Counted from the whole stretch's first letter, positions 37,140 to 50,511 are shown. The stretch: 63,747 nucleotides of DNA, filler included, from Chiloscyllium plagiosum (GCF_004010195.1; 4 parts of one record of this genome joined end to end with filler, not necessarily neighbours in it), one strand, 5' to 3'. Numbers and translations: made by a program. The notes: a model not told the origin generated them from the sequence alone.

Positions 37140-37850
37140 TACCCAGTACCTTATTTGTGGATCTTAGCATTCCATCGCCTAGGCTACCAGCATTCCTGAG
37201 CCTTGGAGCTTTCAAACTGCCATAACTCACTTGTATCTCTGTATTGTCACCTTGATATCTACCACCTGGAAAGACAGATGCAAAGAAACATCACCATCTG
37301 TAAGTTCTCCTACAACCAATGCACCACCTTGACTTGGAATTATACTGACCATAGACCATAAGGTACAGAAGCAAACTTAGGCCATTCAGCCCATCGGGTC
37401 TGTTCTGCCATTCAAACCTGGCTGATATTTTCTTGAGCCCATTCTCCTGCCTTCTGCCATAACCCTTAAACCCTTACCAATCAAGAACGTAGCTATCTCT
37501 GTCTTAAATAGACTTAATGGCTTGGCCTCCACAGCCCTCTGTGGTAATGTCTTCCACAGGCTCATCACCCTCTGCCTGTGAAGAAGTTCCTCCTCATCTC
37601 AGTTCTAAAGGATCATTCCTTCACTCTGAGGCACTCAGGTCCTAGTCTCTGTGGAAACATCTTTGTCACATCCACACTAATACCTTCACTATTACTGAAT
37701 CAAAATGCTGGAAATCCCTAGCTAACAGCATTGCTGGTGCATTCACACTTCATGGACCTGCTGAGATTCAAGAAGGCAGTTCACCGCCATTTTCTAAGGA
37801 CAATTAGGAATGGGCAATAAAGAATGGCCCAGCTAGAAACACCCACATCA
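37140..37850 (+). mobile_element. LINE Y 3' end interrupted by a minus-strand CR1 3' end (37349-37680)
   Basis: ttcaagaaggcagttcacc..caattaggaatgggcaataaa; inner ccatagaccataag..LWKTLPQRAVEA on the minus strand. Confidence 0.78.
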
Positions 37851-39159
37851 GAAGTAATTTTTAAAACTATGGACTGAACCACATTGTGCCAGTTTCTAGC
37901 GTACATCCCTTGTAAAATTCATAAAATACATATTCCCACTTGCATAGTGCTAATCTTGGTACTTAGTGCTTCTTATCAAATTTTTCTTGGGATTTATCAG
38001 TCACAGCTGAAAAGGCGATAGCAGAGAGTCCTCATGATCTGCCTGAGTTTCAGAGCTAAAGTCACAACTCCAACCAAAACAAAAAGATAAAACATGAACT
38101 GAAGTAAGGAACATTTGTGATTACTCTCTCTCTCTTTTAAAGAAGGAGGCCACAGTTGATACAATTAATCAGTTTTAAAGGTGCTACTACAATTATTCTA
38201 GCGAGATTAAAAATGTGAGCTTTTCAGATAGCAGAAATTGGTGCGTCAAACTGACCACATGTACAATCTGACCAGAGTCTGTAATCTGTGACAGTGCAGA
38301 TACCTCTTAAACTTCTTGCCACACTTGTGCGCTATGGGGGTGCACTTTCTTTACACAGGACTCTACTTTATCTTTATCTTTTAACTTTCAAAAGTGAGGG
38401 AGAGGGCGGGAGCTAAATCAGAATGGAGTTGGACGGAGAAATAAAGCACTGTATCTACCTTGGTGCCCACCTCTCTCGAAAGGCATCAAGAACACCACAT
38501 GCTCCCTCTGCAATGACAACCAGGCACGAATGTAACTGTGGAAGAGAGGCAGTTGTCAGAGATGATCCCTTCTACAGCCCACTGCCTGGACCTGTTTACT
38601 GTCAGCCTGGGCAGATCCACAAGGAGGACCTCCAATCTGCACACCCTCCTCCCCACCAGATGCCCAAAGATCGCGAGCATACAGCCAAAATGTAATCCAA
38701 AACACAACAAAACATTTTTTCAACTAACTAAAAAGTTCAACTAACCAACTGCCCACAACCAATACATACGTTGTCTACAGAATCCACAGTGCCACAAAAC
38801 ACACAGTTGTTCTGAGAGTCTGTGAACTGCCACTATCTGCAGTTAAATAGGACAGCTGTGTACAACTCTCTCCTTCCTAATGGGTGTTTTTTTTTTATAT
38901 TTGGAAGTGTTCTCACACACAACTATACAGCTTTCAAACACTAAATCAGAGTAACATTTCTCTGCAACCAGTAAATCACCTGTGTAACCAATTCAACATT
39001 TACATGCAAAGCCCATTATAGGCAAGGCAAACCATTAACGTGAGGGGGGAGGGAGGGGGAGGGAGAGCGGGAAAGAAATAAATCAAAATAGAGTTAGAAA
39101 GGGAAATTAAGCACTGCATCCCCTAGTCTGCCTTGTTTGTTTTAAAACTAGTTTTTAAT

Positions 39160-39265
39160 CAGCCTTTTCAGGGGTGTTCTTACACATCTTTGGAGCAGGT
39201 GGGACTTGAACCTGAACCTCCTGGCTGAGAAGTAGGAACACTACCACTACACAACAAGAGGCTCT
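39160..39265 (-). mobile_element. Short tRNA-derived SINE head
   Basis: gggacttgaacc (reverse B box) and accactacacaacaagag (reverse A box); weaker copy at ~36545-36620. Confidence 0.6.
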
Positions 39266-40484
39266 TGTGGTTGCATTCTAAAGGGCTCAGGTGATGAGTT
39301 CCAGCCATTGTCTGTTTCCACTCAACTGTGACTCATACTCAACAGGCTCCACAGGAAGATTAACTAGTGATTCCTCATGGGCCTTGTAGGCGTTATCACA
39401 ACATTATTCCTGAACTGACTTTTCTTTGCATGCTTGTGTGAAGCGATATGCTGTATTTTGGGCTTCAATGAGCACTTGATGCTCTTACACATTTTGGCCA
39501 AATGTCCTCTTGCAGAATATAGATTACATATTTTACAAAATGCTAGACACTGTCATCATGAGCAGGAAAAAGCATCATCTAATTTCAGATGTGAATGATC
39601 TACTGAATCTGCTATAATGACGTGTAGCGTCAAGCAACTATAATTGCTTTCAATCAGCTATAATTGCTTTCAATTTGTTTCCTTCATGTAGCAGTATGCT
39701 GATGGTAAATTCTTTAAGTTTGTCCATAAGTGTTTTTCCAAAGGCAATGACTAGTACCATAAGCTAGGAGATACAATGCTGAAACAAATGCATGAGTTCC
39801 GTCTTTGAAAAACGACAGCATCAAGTGCTTAATCAGACCCATATAAGCCAACAAATGTCTTTACACACATTGTGGTGCCACCAGTACACGCATGCACAGT
39901 GAGACTTGAACAGTGCATCAGTGACACATTAGATCGCGAGAGAAATTCCATGAGTAGTACATCTACATTCTCTAGATTCACTAAAAGGTCCATTGAAAAA
40001 AATTGCTGCTATCCTTTATGAAGCAATCTCCTGAACATTCAGGTAAAGCTCCTGCAAAATCATCTGTGATGGAATAAAATCCGTGTCCTGTTGGCTGAAA
40101 AATGTTTCCCATGCCAGGAGCTGTTTTCTCAATTCTCAAACAGTCAGTGTTCCAGAGAAGGATTAACACTGCAAAGGCACTCTGAAACTCTCCCCAAAAT
40201 GCAGAGACTTCTCATTCATAACTGACAGGAACTTGCTACTAAACATTCAGAATGGTGCAACTTGTGCATTGAGTTCAAATGCTTTCATGATATGACAGGA
40301 TGGTGGCAAAGACGAAAGGTAAAGAAAGCAAATTCTGCATGCTAGACTCTACTGCCTCTTGGGATGTCTTACCCCATTTGTTCAAACACTTGAACATTGA
40401 GGATCGGCCTCTTCTGTTCCTGAAGACCTGGGGTAGAAACATACAGACAGGGGATGGATGTCATCCTCAATTCAAGGGAAAACC

Positions 40485-40845
40485 AATGACCAGACTCCCA
40501 AAGTGACTGCTCTCCTTAGAACTTGACCATAACAGGAGTCAGTGTCCTCAAATCATCTCTAAAAGGCAAAACATGCCCACTGACTCAAGGAGGTCTATGG
40601 CTTGTTCATGAAGAACGCTCATTCAGAAAAACAGTGAATGCATCTAGAGACTTTGTTGGGATGGTGTACAGCTAAAGTCGGGGCAATGGAAGCTATAGTC
40701 AAACACATATCAGCAGCCATCTAGTCCACATGCGACAGCATCTGCTTATAATGCAATACACTTATTAGCCATCTCACAAACCCCATCAAACTAGACTGGA
40801 AACAGAGTCACCCTCAATCCTCAGAGACTGCCCAGGAAGGAAAAC
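40485..40845 (+). mobile_element. Degenerate RTE-clade LINE 3' end
   Basis: RLPK, VLKSSLK..NMPTDS, terminal Cys/His relic (cacatgcgacagcatctgc..attagccatctc), gtcaccctcaatcctcagagactgcc tail. Confidence 0.55.
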
Positions 40846-41949
40846 AAATCACTATTACTACTTATTGGATCTAAGTTTACAATTTTCTTTTAATCTGGAA
40901 CAGTATTTACAAATAAATAATAAACAGATAAATAATTATTTAGCAGAGCAGTTGCAATCTTCTTACTTTTTTTTCTCTTACTACTGGTGTGATATTAGTA
41001 AAAACAATGGTAGGATTTGGATCTGGTATCACTTATAACAGGCAGCTGCTCCAGCTGGAAGTACAACTGCCTCATATTATTGTCAAAGACAAGAGGCAGA
41101 ACTTGAGGCTTGAGAATTACTGACAGCTTAATGCCTTCCCTTGGCAGCTGTAATTTATTTTCTCTCTGTGATTAACTGGAATAGCCGATTTAGTAATCTC
41201 CATCGTTGAACACTTAGCTGACAACCCCTCAGTTTCTAACATCCAATCACTTCAATCTAGAGTGTGAAACAATAAACAAGCAAAACTTTGTATTGTTTGA
41301 AGGAAGGCTTGAGTAAGTGCACAGAAAATGTGTTCATGGATGGATACTTGACAACGTGAATGATGTGTGAAGGATACAAGCTCAAAACATAGGGATTTTT
41401 GAAGGCAACATTATTTAAGTTACTTTCCAACTTTATGCATGCAGGATCAGCATTAAACAAACAGAATAATTCCTGATAAAATAATGGAAGTTATCTCCAT
41501 GATTACAACGAGGCTCCAGATAATAGCATCTAAACAAGTAAGCTGTGTATCTGGCAACACGGTTTCATTGTCATTAGTTGTGCCCATCTCAGGAAGAGAG
41601 CCTTCTACTCTACCAATGTGAGAGTTCTGTGTCGTGCATTTAACAGCAGGACACCATTCTGAGTCAGATTGGTTTTAGCAATAACTTATGGGCATCACCA
41701 CCTTGATGTTAACAGGGCTGGGTTCCATAGGCCATGCAGTGAGGTTTGGTTAGGAAACCCAGCATTCCTAGTATTACCTCAACATTGGTGGAAGGTTTTG
41801 CATTTCCAATCAAAGTGTTTTGTTGAGAGAAATTGATGACGCTCTTTAGGTGGCTTTCCCAGCACCTTTCAACTTTCACACCAGCAGCGCCATGTTTAAA
41901 GCCCAGCTCCACCCCCAAATCAGTTGCTGCAGGCCAGGAATTGGCTGTC

Positions 41950-42520
41950 ACACTGTGGTGCTCAAGCATTATCACCGAGGACCCAGTCCAGGGAAAAAGA
42001 TCAATTTTTTGCAGAATGCCAGAGGAGACCATGCCATCAGACCAAGCCAACAAGGACCAAATTGTAACCAGGGTTAGTGTAGTACCCCGGGTTAATCAGT
42101 ATGCCCAGCAGTGGCAATGACCTTCTACATTAATGTTCTCACAGCTTCCTCGCACTCACAGTCGTTCTAACTCTGCCAGCACACACCTCTCACCAAGGGG
42201 CTCGGTCAATAACTCTCACTATTACATACAACGTATCCGCTCAAAGACTCTCAACCACCCAAACAATTCATCCTTCCTGCCGTCTATATTTCCTACTCAC
42301 TCACTGAGGACACCATGCTACCTCTCCTTCCTGCATCACCACTTATTGCTCTCCCATCCACCTCTGTCAAATCCAATCCTCCATTTGTTTCTTTGTAGGA
42401 GCCATTGGCACCAAGGCAGCCAAACCAGTGGGGCAATGGGATGGCAACAGTAGGCATCAGGCACCTCATTCCCTATGAGGAGAAAATGCTGGGTTTAGAC
42501 AGAGAAGGGCATGATTCCTC
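41950..42520 (+). pseudogene. PIF/Harbinger Myb/SANT-like accessory gene relic (two exons)
   Basis: IVTRVSVV..QYAQQWQ followed by aatgacctt (NDL); C/T-rich intron ending tttctttgtag 42398; then GMATVGIRHLIPYEEKMLGL. Confidence 0.55.
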
Positions 42521-42829
42521 ATGGGGGCAAGGACACCTCAGTGGGCAGAACCAACCCTTTCAACTTCATTGTGCTGTGCTGCTCGCTTATGTGTTAACTC
42601 ATTCTTAACCATCTCAAACTTTGGAAGCGAGCAAAGTCCAGCACACTCAGTATCTACCAGGAATGTATACAGAAGTATGCTCCATTGAGCTGTCCATAGG
42701 AGCTCAGCATCCATGGTAAGGTCAAATGGTGATGAAGGACTTGGGAATGGCAATTGACTCTAACCTTACTCTTGTCATCATGATGGTGCCAGCAGATAGG
42801 GTAGAGGAGCCATGCACTAGATACCTAGC

Positions 42830-43500
42830 AATATACTTTAAAAAAGGAGCAAGGGTAGACCATTCAGCCCATCGAACCTGCTCCATCATTCAACAGGAAC
42901 ATGGCTAATCCTCTATGCCATATGTCTTCTCTTTCCCCATGCACATTGGCACCTTCAGCTGCTAGAAATCTCTCTATTTTTTTCTTAAACATAGTCATTG
43001 ACTTCTCCTCCATACCCCTCTGAGTTCCACAGATTGAGTACTGTCTGAGTGATGATATTCCTCCCTATTAAAGGATTAGACACTCTGGAGGCAGGAAATA
43101 TGTTTCCGCTGATGGGTGAGTCCCGAACCAGAGGACACAGCTTAAAAATAAGGGGTAAGCCATTTAAGACAGAGATGAGGAGAAACCTCTTCACCCAGAG
43201 AGTGGTGGGTGTGTGGAATGCTCTGCCCCAGAAGACAGTGGAGGCCCAGTCCCTGGATTCATTTAAGAAAGAGTTGGATAGAGCTCTCAAGGATAGTGGA
43301 ATCAAGGGTTATAGAAATAAGGCAGGAACAGGATTCTGATTGAGGATGACCAGCCATGATCATAATGAATGGTGGTGCAGGAGCCATGATCATAATGAAT
43401 GGTGGTGCAGGCTCGAAGGGCAGAATGGCCTACTCCTGCACCTAATATCTATTGTCTATTGTCTATTATCTATCTCATTCCAGAATGGCTTCCAGTGTTT
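42830..43500 (-). mobile_element. Old CR1 3' end hosting a plus-strand CR1
   Basis: ccattcagcccatcgaacctgctccatcattcaa; ttccacagatt..gagtgatgatattcctcc | atctcattccagaatgg. Confidence 0.7.
43064..43468 (+). mobile_element. 5'-truncated CR1 with a 30-bp internal duplication (43351-43410) and (TCTATTG)n tail
   Basis: IKGLDTLEAGNMFP..RRNLFTQRVVGVWNALP. Confidence 0.92.
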
Positions 43501-43584
43501 CAGGGGGCACATAGACAGCTAAAATATCCTGAAATGCTGGAACAACATGGAGGACAATTTTTTACCCTGCAAGGGGCAGTGTTC

Positions 43585-43645
43585 GCTTTTCCAGCAACAC
43601 ATTTCCATCTCTGATCTCCAGCATCTGCAGACCTCACTTTCTCCG
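43585..43645 (+). mobile_element. Penelope tail stub
   Basis: cttttccagcaacacatttccatctctgatctccagcatctgcagacctcactttctcc. Confidence 0.8.
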
Positions 43646-44117
43646 CAGTGTTTTATGAAGCTTTGCTCAGAGGACCATTGAACAATGATATGGGAGATGT
43701 CCATTGTACATGTCCAAACTTGATTGTCAATGTGCTTCCTCATTATTTTGATAGATAGAATGAACCTTTCCCTCCTGGGATATGCGGGATCATCACTAAT
43801 TGTGTACTGTCACACATAAGGTGAGTATCTATGTGGATTAATGTGTACAGACCAGGCTCTACCACAATCTCTACGAGTTACATTTAGCCTCAGTGTTACC
43901 CTCATTGCAGATCAACACCCTCGTTGCAGTTGAATTTTGATGATCCATTACCCATGACCCCACAGTAAGTTTCTTCCTCTGCTTCCCACTATGTCTATGT
44001 GCAATGCTGACATTTGCAGCTGAATTGGACTGTGGTTTGTCCTGTCATCTTGAAAGACTAAAGTAACCATCTCCTGATTCATTTGGGCCTAGGGAGCCCA
44101 GGCTCTATTGGTTGGTG

Positions 44118-45005
44118 CATTGAGTATAGGCGTTGGGAGGTCATATTGTGGCTATGCAGGACATTGGTTAGGCCACTTTTAGAATATTGTGTCTAATTCT
44201 GGTCTCCCTGCTATAGTAAAGATGTTGTTAAGGTTGAAAAGATTTACAAGGATGTTGTCAGGATTGGAGGGTTTGAGCTATAGGAAGAGGCTGAATAGGT
44301 TGGGGCTGTTTTCCCTGGAGCGCCGGAGGCTGAGGGGTGACCTTATAGAGGTTTATGAAATCATAGAACATAGAACATAGAACAGTACAGCACAGAACAG
44401 GCCCTTCAGCCCACGATGTTGTGGCGACCACTGATCCTCATGTATGCACCCACAAATTTCTGTGACCATATGTATGTCGAGGAGTCTCTTAAATGACCCC
44501 AATAACCTGCCTCCACAACTGCTGCTGGCAACACATTCCATGCTCTCACAAATCTCTGTGTAAAGAACGCGCCTCTGACATCCTCTCTCTACTTTCCTCC
44601 AACCAGCTTAAAACTATGGCCCCTTGTGTTAGTCATTTCTGCCCTGCAAATCATGAGGGGCATGGATAGGGTGACTAGCCAAGGTCTTTTTTCCCCATGG
44701 TGGGGGAGTCCAAAACTAGAGGACATAGTTTTAAGGTGAGAATGAAACGATTTAAAGGAGACCCAAGGGGGCATCTTTTCATGCAGAGGGTGATGTGTAT
44801 ACAGAATGGGCTGCCAGAGGAAGTGGTGGAGGCTGGTACAATCTCAGCATTTAAAAGGCATCTGGATGGATATATGAATAGGAAGGACTTGGAGGGATAT
44901 GGGTCAAAAGCTGGCAGGTGGGACTAGATTAATTTGGGATATCTGGTCAGCATTGAGCAGTTGGAACAGAGGGTATGTTTCTATGCTGTACATCTCTATG
45001 CCTCT
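44118..45005 (+). mobile_element. CR1 3' portion split by an antisense CR1
   Basis: LRGDLIEVYEI | MRGMDR continuity across the insert; tail ctgtacatctctatg. Confidence 0.92.
44365..44647 (-). mobile_element. 5'-truncated CR1 with TSD aaatcat
   Basis: aaatcat at 44358-44364 and 44648-44654; tail catagaacatagaac. Confidence 0.9.
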
Positions 45006-46154
45006 GTGCCTGCTCAGAGACTCCTGCCCAGGCTCACCCTCCTTGGTTTTAACATCTTCAGGCTTTAGAATTATAATTATTGGGGAAGTGGAGGTGCTGG
45101 ATACCTCTGAAGTATCCCAAAAAGCAGCTTCTGTATTCACTAGAGTTTCAAAACATGAAAGAGGATCTGATTAAACCAGATGAAGTTCTGTCCGAGTTGC
45201 AAAGACTGAATAATTGAACAATGTTTTCATTGGCCAGCGGTCCATAACAAGGGGTCAGGAACTCAGAAGATGTTCAATGCATGAGAGAATTCACTGCACA
45301 ATGTTTAGATTCGAAATCTTGATGGAGACCTTAAGAAGCCTAACCTTTGAGCCCTGTGATGTCATTGTACTGTCTTACAGATAGTTGGATTTTCTCAAAC
45401 AGTCATAATATACAGTCATTTGAAAGTGTTATCACTTGAAGTTATCAAACATATTCTCAGATGGATCATGAGCCATTTTTTAAGCAGCACAGAAGCTCAA
45501 AGATAGCTGATGTAAGAAGCTGCTGAAATCCTTTGCGCTAAGCAGGGGTTGCTTCATAGATGCTCCATTGAATACGAAACCAGTAAACAAAATCCAAATC
45601 CAGCTTAATCAGCCTGGAAGTGAGTTTCAATTCAGTTCTCTATGACCTTGTAGGTTCGATGACACATTGCTTTGTCATTCTCTCTTGGACCACACCAAGA
45701 GCCTTAATTCCTCACCTTTATCCTGAGGAGAGTCTTCTCATTCTCCCATTTTGTCTGCACCTTGTGTCAGCTCCAGTTGCAAAAGTCAGTGTATGCCACA
45801 ATGGCAATCTGTCTGGGCTATGCTGCAAAATCCCTGCCAGACCAGTCTAGGTATTGAAACCCCATTTTAAGGCAGCCTTTGGTCCTGCTGGAAGTTGTAT
45901 CTTCATTCAACATCAGTCTGAGCATTATATATAGCTGCTGTTAGCCATGATTGAAGGAGATAGCTCTGATCTCTCAGCAGCTGTCCACAGAATTTGGAGT
46001 AAGGCACGACCTTGAGAGCTCTCTGATATATATGAGTTACAGCAGCTCCCAGGATATCTGGTGCAGAGCTCCAAAATTTAGCATCAATGATCACACTTAA
46101 TGAGAACACTAATAAAGACAGAAACCTATTTGTTGATAAACTTGGCAGGTTGGT

Positions 46155-46400
46155 GATAGGGTATTCAAGTTGATCTTTGAAATGACCTGCAGAAAGATTT
46201 CAGGGCAGATGTGACTTTGGTAGCCTCCGGGATGGGATGGCCACCCTTCTGAACATGAATCCTGCTTTGGTTAGATCAAACTCCGATCAGGGATGCCCCT
46301 AACCGGTACCTGCACTGTCTTGCAGAGAGCTGAAGAAAATGACGGTGAGGCCTATAGATCTGAGGTCTCGCCATTTTTCTCCACTTCCTTAAGGGGATCT
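46155..46400 (-). pseudogene. PIF/Harbinger (HARBI1-like) transposase N-terminal relic
   Basis: RPQIYRPHRHFLQLSARQCRYRL then GGHPIPEATKVTSALKSFCRSFQRST, resembling the Harbinger KVxxAL..GSFQ motif. Confidence 0.65.
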
Positions 46401-47654
46401 TCATCTTCTCCTCCTGGAGGCTGTGTGACAGCCACTGGACATTGCACTTGCTGGGCTTTCTGACAATGCAGCAATCACTGTCTCCCTCTACATTGACTTC
46501 ACATTGGATCGAGGCCACAATCGCTCCAGTCACAACGATCTTCATGAGCAGAGTGATGTCAGACAGAGAACTGAATTATATTGAAGGATCCCCTGAGCCA
46601 CCACATTACACAATGTGCCACAGAGGATTACCATGCCAGGAATTTACCATCTAGTTTCTCAGAGAAGCTGAGGAGACTCGAAATTGGCTGATAAATGAAA
46701 TGAGTTGTGGCATTAATAAGATGCAAATACACAGAAGGAAGAAAATAGTCACTGCTCAATGGGGAGAATTGTAAGTCACTGTTTAAGTCCTGAGTGGAAA
46801 GCTGTAAATGTTTTTCTCTGCGTTGAAATCCTGACTTTTTTCATCCCTCAGATTTTCCCACTTCTCTTGCCACAGCTCATATCACATCAAGGAAGGAAAA
46901 CTTTCACCCATTGTGTATCCTTTCTACTTAATAGATTCCACGCCTGCAGGCCATTCTGCTTAATACAGTAGGCCACAGGAATAGGTGGATCCAATTCATG
47001 ACAGCAAGATGGTTCAGTCCATAGCCCTGAGAGTGTGGATGGTACCTAACTCTGGATCAGAGCTGTCTGATCAATTACCACAAATGGATTGAAATTCGAT
47101 CCTAGTGGGTCTTATAAAGGAGAGCTTGAGACGTACAGAGATTATTGTTCTCTTAGCTCACAAGCTGCGCTGTAAAGGCACTTGTCTTTCTCCCCAAACA
47201 TTACCTAGCTTCCCTCCAGCTATTTGGTTACCAGAAACCCAGAATGTTTAGACGGGGATAAATCACAACTTCATCAAAATCATGAAAACTACAACTTGCC
47301 TCCTGGGAGCAGTAAGCCTCTTGCCCAACCTCAGTTAAGCCCAGAAATGTGGACATTGGAATTAGGTTTGTGTTTTCTTTTAATTTTAACATCTCACCTG
47401 ACCCTTACACACCATTTAGAGATGGTAAAAATCAGTACATCTCCATTAGGAATTCAATTGTAACAGTTTAAAATTAATGTGAGGTGGTGGTGGACTGTGA
47501 CAACGTTACTGGGCTAATAATCTAAAGGCCCAAGTTAATGAGCTGGGGACATGGGTTTAAACTCACCAAGAAATTTTATGGTGGAGTACAGGGTTATGGG
47601 GATGGGGTGAGTAAGAGGCATTGACATGTCCAATTAGCCATGATCATGTGGAAA

Positions 47655-48020
47655 GGTGATGGCCCAGTGGTATTATCACTAGACTATTATCCAGAAACCC
47701 AGCTAATATTCTGGGAACCTGAGCTCAGACTCATGGCAGATGGTGGAATTTCAATTCAATAATAATCTGAAATTAAGAATCTATTGATGACTATTAAACT
47801 ATTACTGATTTTTGAAAAAACTGTCTGATTCACTGATGTCCTTCAGGGAAGGAAATCATCCTCACCCAGTCTGGCCAGCATATGACTCTAGACCCATAGC
47901 AATGCGGTTGACTCTCAACTGCCCTCTGAAATGGCCGAACTGGCCATTTAGTTCAAAGGCAACTAGGGACCGGCAATGAATGCTGGCCAATCAACAACGC
48001 CCATTTCCTATGAGTGAATA
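47655..48020 (+). mobile_element. SINE family X, full length, inside a CR1 3' UTR fragment
   Basis: Homologous to 27788-28347; tail ggcaactagggaccggcaatgaatgctggcc; a second head fragment at ~47485-47570. Confidence 0.85.
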
Positions 48021-48282
48021 AAGATTGAATGTGGAGAGCAGGCTTGATGGGTTGAATGGTCTCCTTCTGTTCCGATGTTCCTGATTCATCCAGATAATGT
48101 TTTCTGGGACAAATTCAAAGCAGCTAGCCCTGAAATCAAAGACTTGTAGTAATGGTCAAGTTACTTGAAGAACTGCAAAGACTTTCTCTGAGAATTACAG
48201 CACACTGTGACATAATGTGATGAAGACAAGCCAGTAAACAAATTCAGTTCATGCACCTCGTGTAATGTTTTCTGTACCTTGT

Positions 48283-48535
48283 ACATGTGGGTGTCACTGG
48301 CTATATTTACTCCTCATCCTTACTCACTCATCAAAAGGAGATAATGAGCTTCCATCTTGAACTGCTGCATTCAAAGAGTTGCAGGGACACCCACAATGTT
48401 CTTGGTGAGGGAGATGCAGGATGTTGACCCAGTGATAATGGAGAAACAGTGATCTAGTTCCAAGTCAGGATGCTGTGTGACTTGGTCACATGCTCCCACA
48501 CGCCTGGTGCCCATGTCCTATTAAATGGAAAGCTA
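48283..48535 (-). mobile_element. LINE Y 3' end, degenerate
   Basis: tcttgaactgctgc..cccacaatg..gacccagtgataatggagaaacagtgat..ttccaagtcagga. Confidence 0.7.
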
Positions 48536-49668
48536 TGATTAAAAAGGGAAAAGGAGATGAAAAAATGTTTTGTGAATATATTTTTGTCCTTAAAAACATG
48601 GAGCACGTTCATGAAAATAATGTCAAAGTATGAATATGCCATATTTTTCCAAATGAGATGATAGTGGTGAAAGTGAGTCTCTGCCTCCTCCAACAAGGAA
48701 CATTTGTTATCACTTTTGGTCAATCAAGACGTTCTTCCTTTGAACTGTGTTGATTCTGCAGTAAGATTCCCTTGCCAAAACTGTGGAAATGTTTAACAGC
48801 TTAATTACAGATTGAAGGCAGCTTTCAATCAGATATGTAGTTGTTATTGCAGCATGTGGCTCAGAATTCTCCAAGGAAGATGCCACCATCTTCTTCCATA
48901 GTGTCAGAACAGTCAGGAAGGGGTGCAGTTCTGAAAGTAGATTTATCTTGAAGGAAAATAACCTCAACTTAGTCATAATCTGATCAATAAAGAGTTATCT
49001 CACAGTCAGGCAGTACATTCCAGTGTGTTAATATAGAGAAAGAGGGTTAAGGAAGGTTAATCCATTTAATCAAGTCATTATTCCTACCTTTAAACTAAAT
49101 GACAAATGTAACACTAGGTGCAAATATGCCAAGAGCCTCAAGGACTTTTTCATCTATGTATCATCTCAAATAATCATATTTACTTTCTGATATGATTATG
49201 TTTGAATCAGATATATACTTTGTCTTTTTATCCTCTCTGGCTTTATTAATCACAAGAATCTCATAACAGTGTTAAAAGTTGGACATTTGTAGTCAGTGTT
49301 GTTGACAATTTTCAGTTGAAATTCTTTTTAGTGCTTACTGATGGATTAGTGGATAAAATGATTGAGCCTTGCACAGCCCTGAATGTAAATGTGAGGCTGA
49401 ACCAAGGGCTGGATTTTCATAGAGTCAGGGAGATCTCATGGATAAAGGAGCCGGAGCCAGGAGCTGGAAAAGGCCATTTGGTGTATTAAGGCTAGTCTGC
49501 CATTCACTAAGGTCTTGGCTGATTGTTGACCTCAATCTCACTTAACTGTATGACCCCAACATGCCTTGATTTCTCTATTCGTTTGAGTTTTGAATATTTT
49601 TATATTCCTTTCCACCTTATTGTGCTACAGTGTTGAGTGATGCCATGTTCCACGTGAGGAACACTATT

Positions 49669-49978
49669 TAGTTTAGATTACTTACAGTGTGGAAACAGGT
49701 CCTTCGGCCCAACAAGTCCACACCGACCCTCCGAAGAGCAACCCACCCAGACCCATTCCCCTACGTTTACCCCTTCACCTAAAACTACGGACAATTTAGC
49801 ACGGCCAATTCACCTAGCCTGCACATCTTTGGACTGTGGGAGGAAACCGGAGCACCCGGAGGAAACCGACACGGAGAGAATGTGCAAACTCCACACAGAC
49901 AGTTGCCCGAGGCGGGAATTGAACCCGGCTCCCTGGCACTGTGAGGTAGCAGCGCGAGCCACTGTGCCACCATGCTGG
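49669..49978 (-). mobile_element. HE1-type V-SINE, full length
   Basis: tRNA head tggcacagtgg / ggttcaattcccgcc; V domain gtgtggagtttgcacattctc..ggtgctccggtttcctcccacagtccaaag; CR1-like tail. Confidence 0.93.
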
Positions 49979-50049
49979 CCCTCTATTTAAATAGAAGTCG
50001 CTTTAGTATTTTACATAAACTTTACAAAACAATAGCTACATGTTGCCAT

Positions 50050-50480
50050 TGTCAGAATGACAAAATGACAGTATAGAAGGCCGTCCAGCCCATCACGCCT
50101 GCTTCAGCTCTTCGAAACGCCATCATTACCTCGTGCCAATCTCCTGCTTTCTCCCCATGCCCTTGCACACACTTTCTAAACAATCTGAACAATCAACCAA
50201 TGCACTCACAAATTCCCCAATTAAATCTGACTCCACCACAAGTTCAAGCAGCGTGTTCCAGACCCTAACTACTTGCAGAGTGAATTTGTTTTTTTCTCAC
50301 ATCACCTTTATTTCTTTTGCAGATCTCTTTAAATCTGTACCATCTCATTTTGTTCCTTGTATAGGTGAGAATAGTTTATCCCTACAGTATCCAGCCTACT
50401 CATGATTTCAAAACTCTGTATCAGATCTCCACTTAGCCTTTATCTCTGCAAGAAGAACCGTCCCAAATCTTTAAACTTTC
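50050..50480 (-). mobile_element. Old CR1 3' end
   Basis: gaaggccgtccagcccatc..gttccagaccctaactac..gtatcagatctccacttagcc. Confidence 0.65.
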
Positions 50481-50511
50481 CAGGCGCCATGTGGTTTGGG
50501 AAATAAAACAC

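Noticed and set aside
38423..38744. Overlapping 68-90 aa ORFs
   Set aside because: No recognisable product or splice structure
49900..49978. tRNA-like A/B boxes
   Set aside because: Head of an HE1-type SINE, not a tRNA gene; the same applies to 27790, 39200, 47660 and 54040
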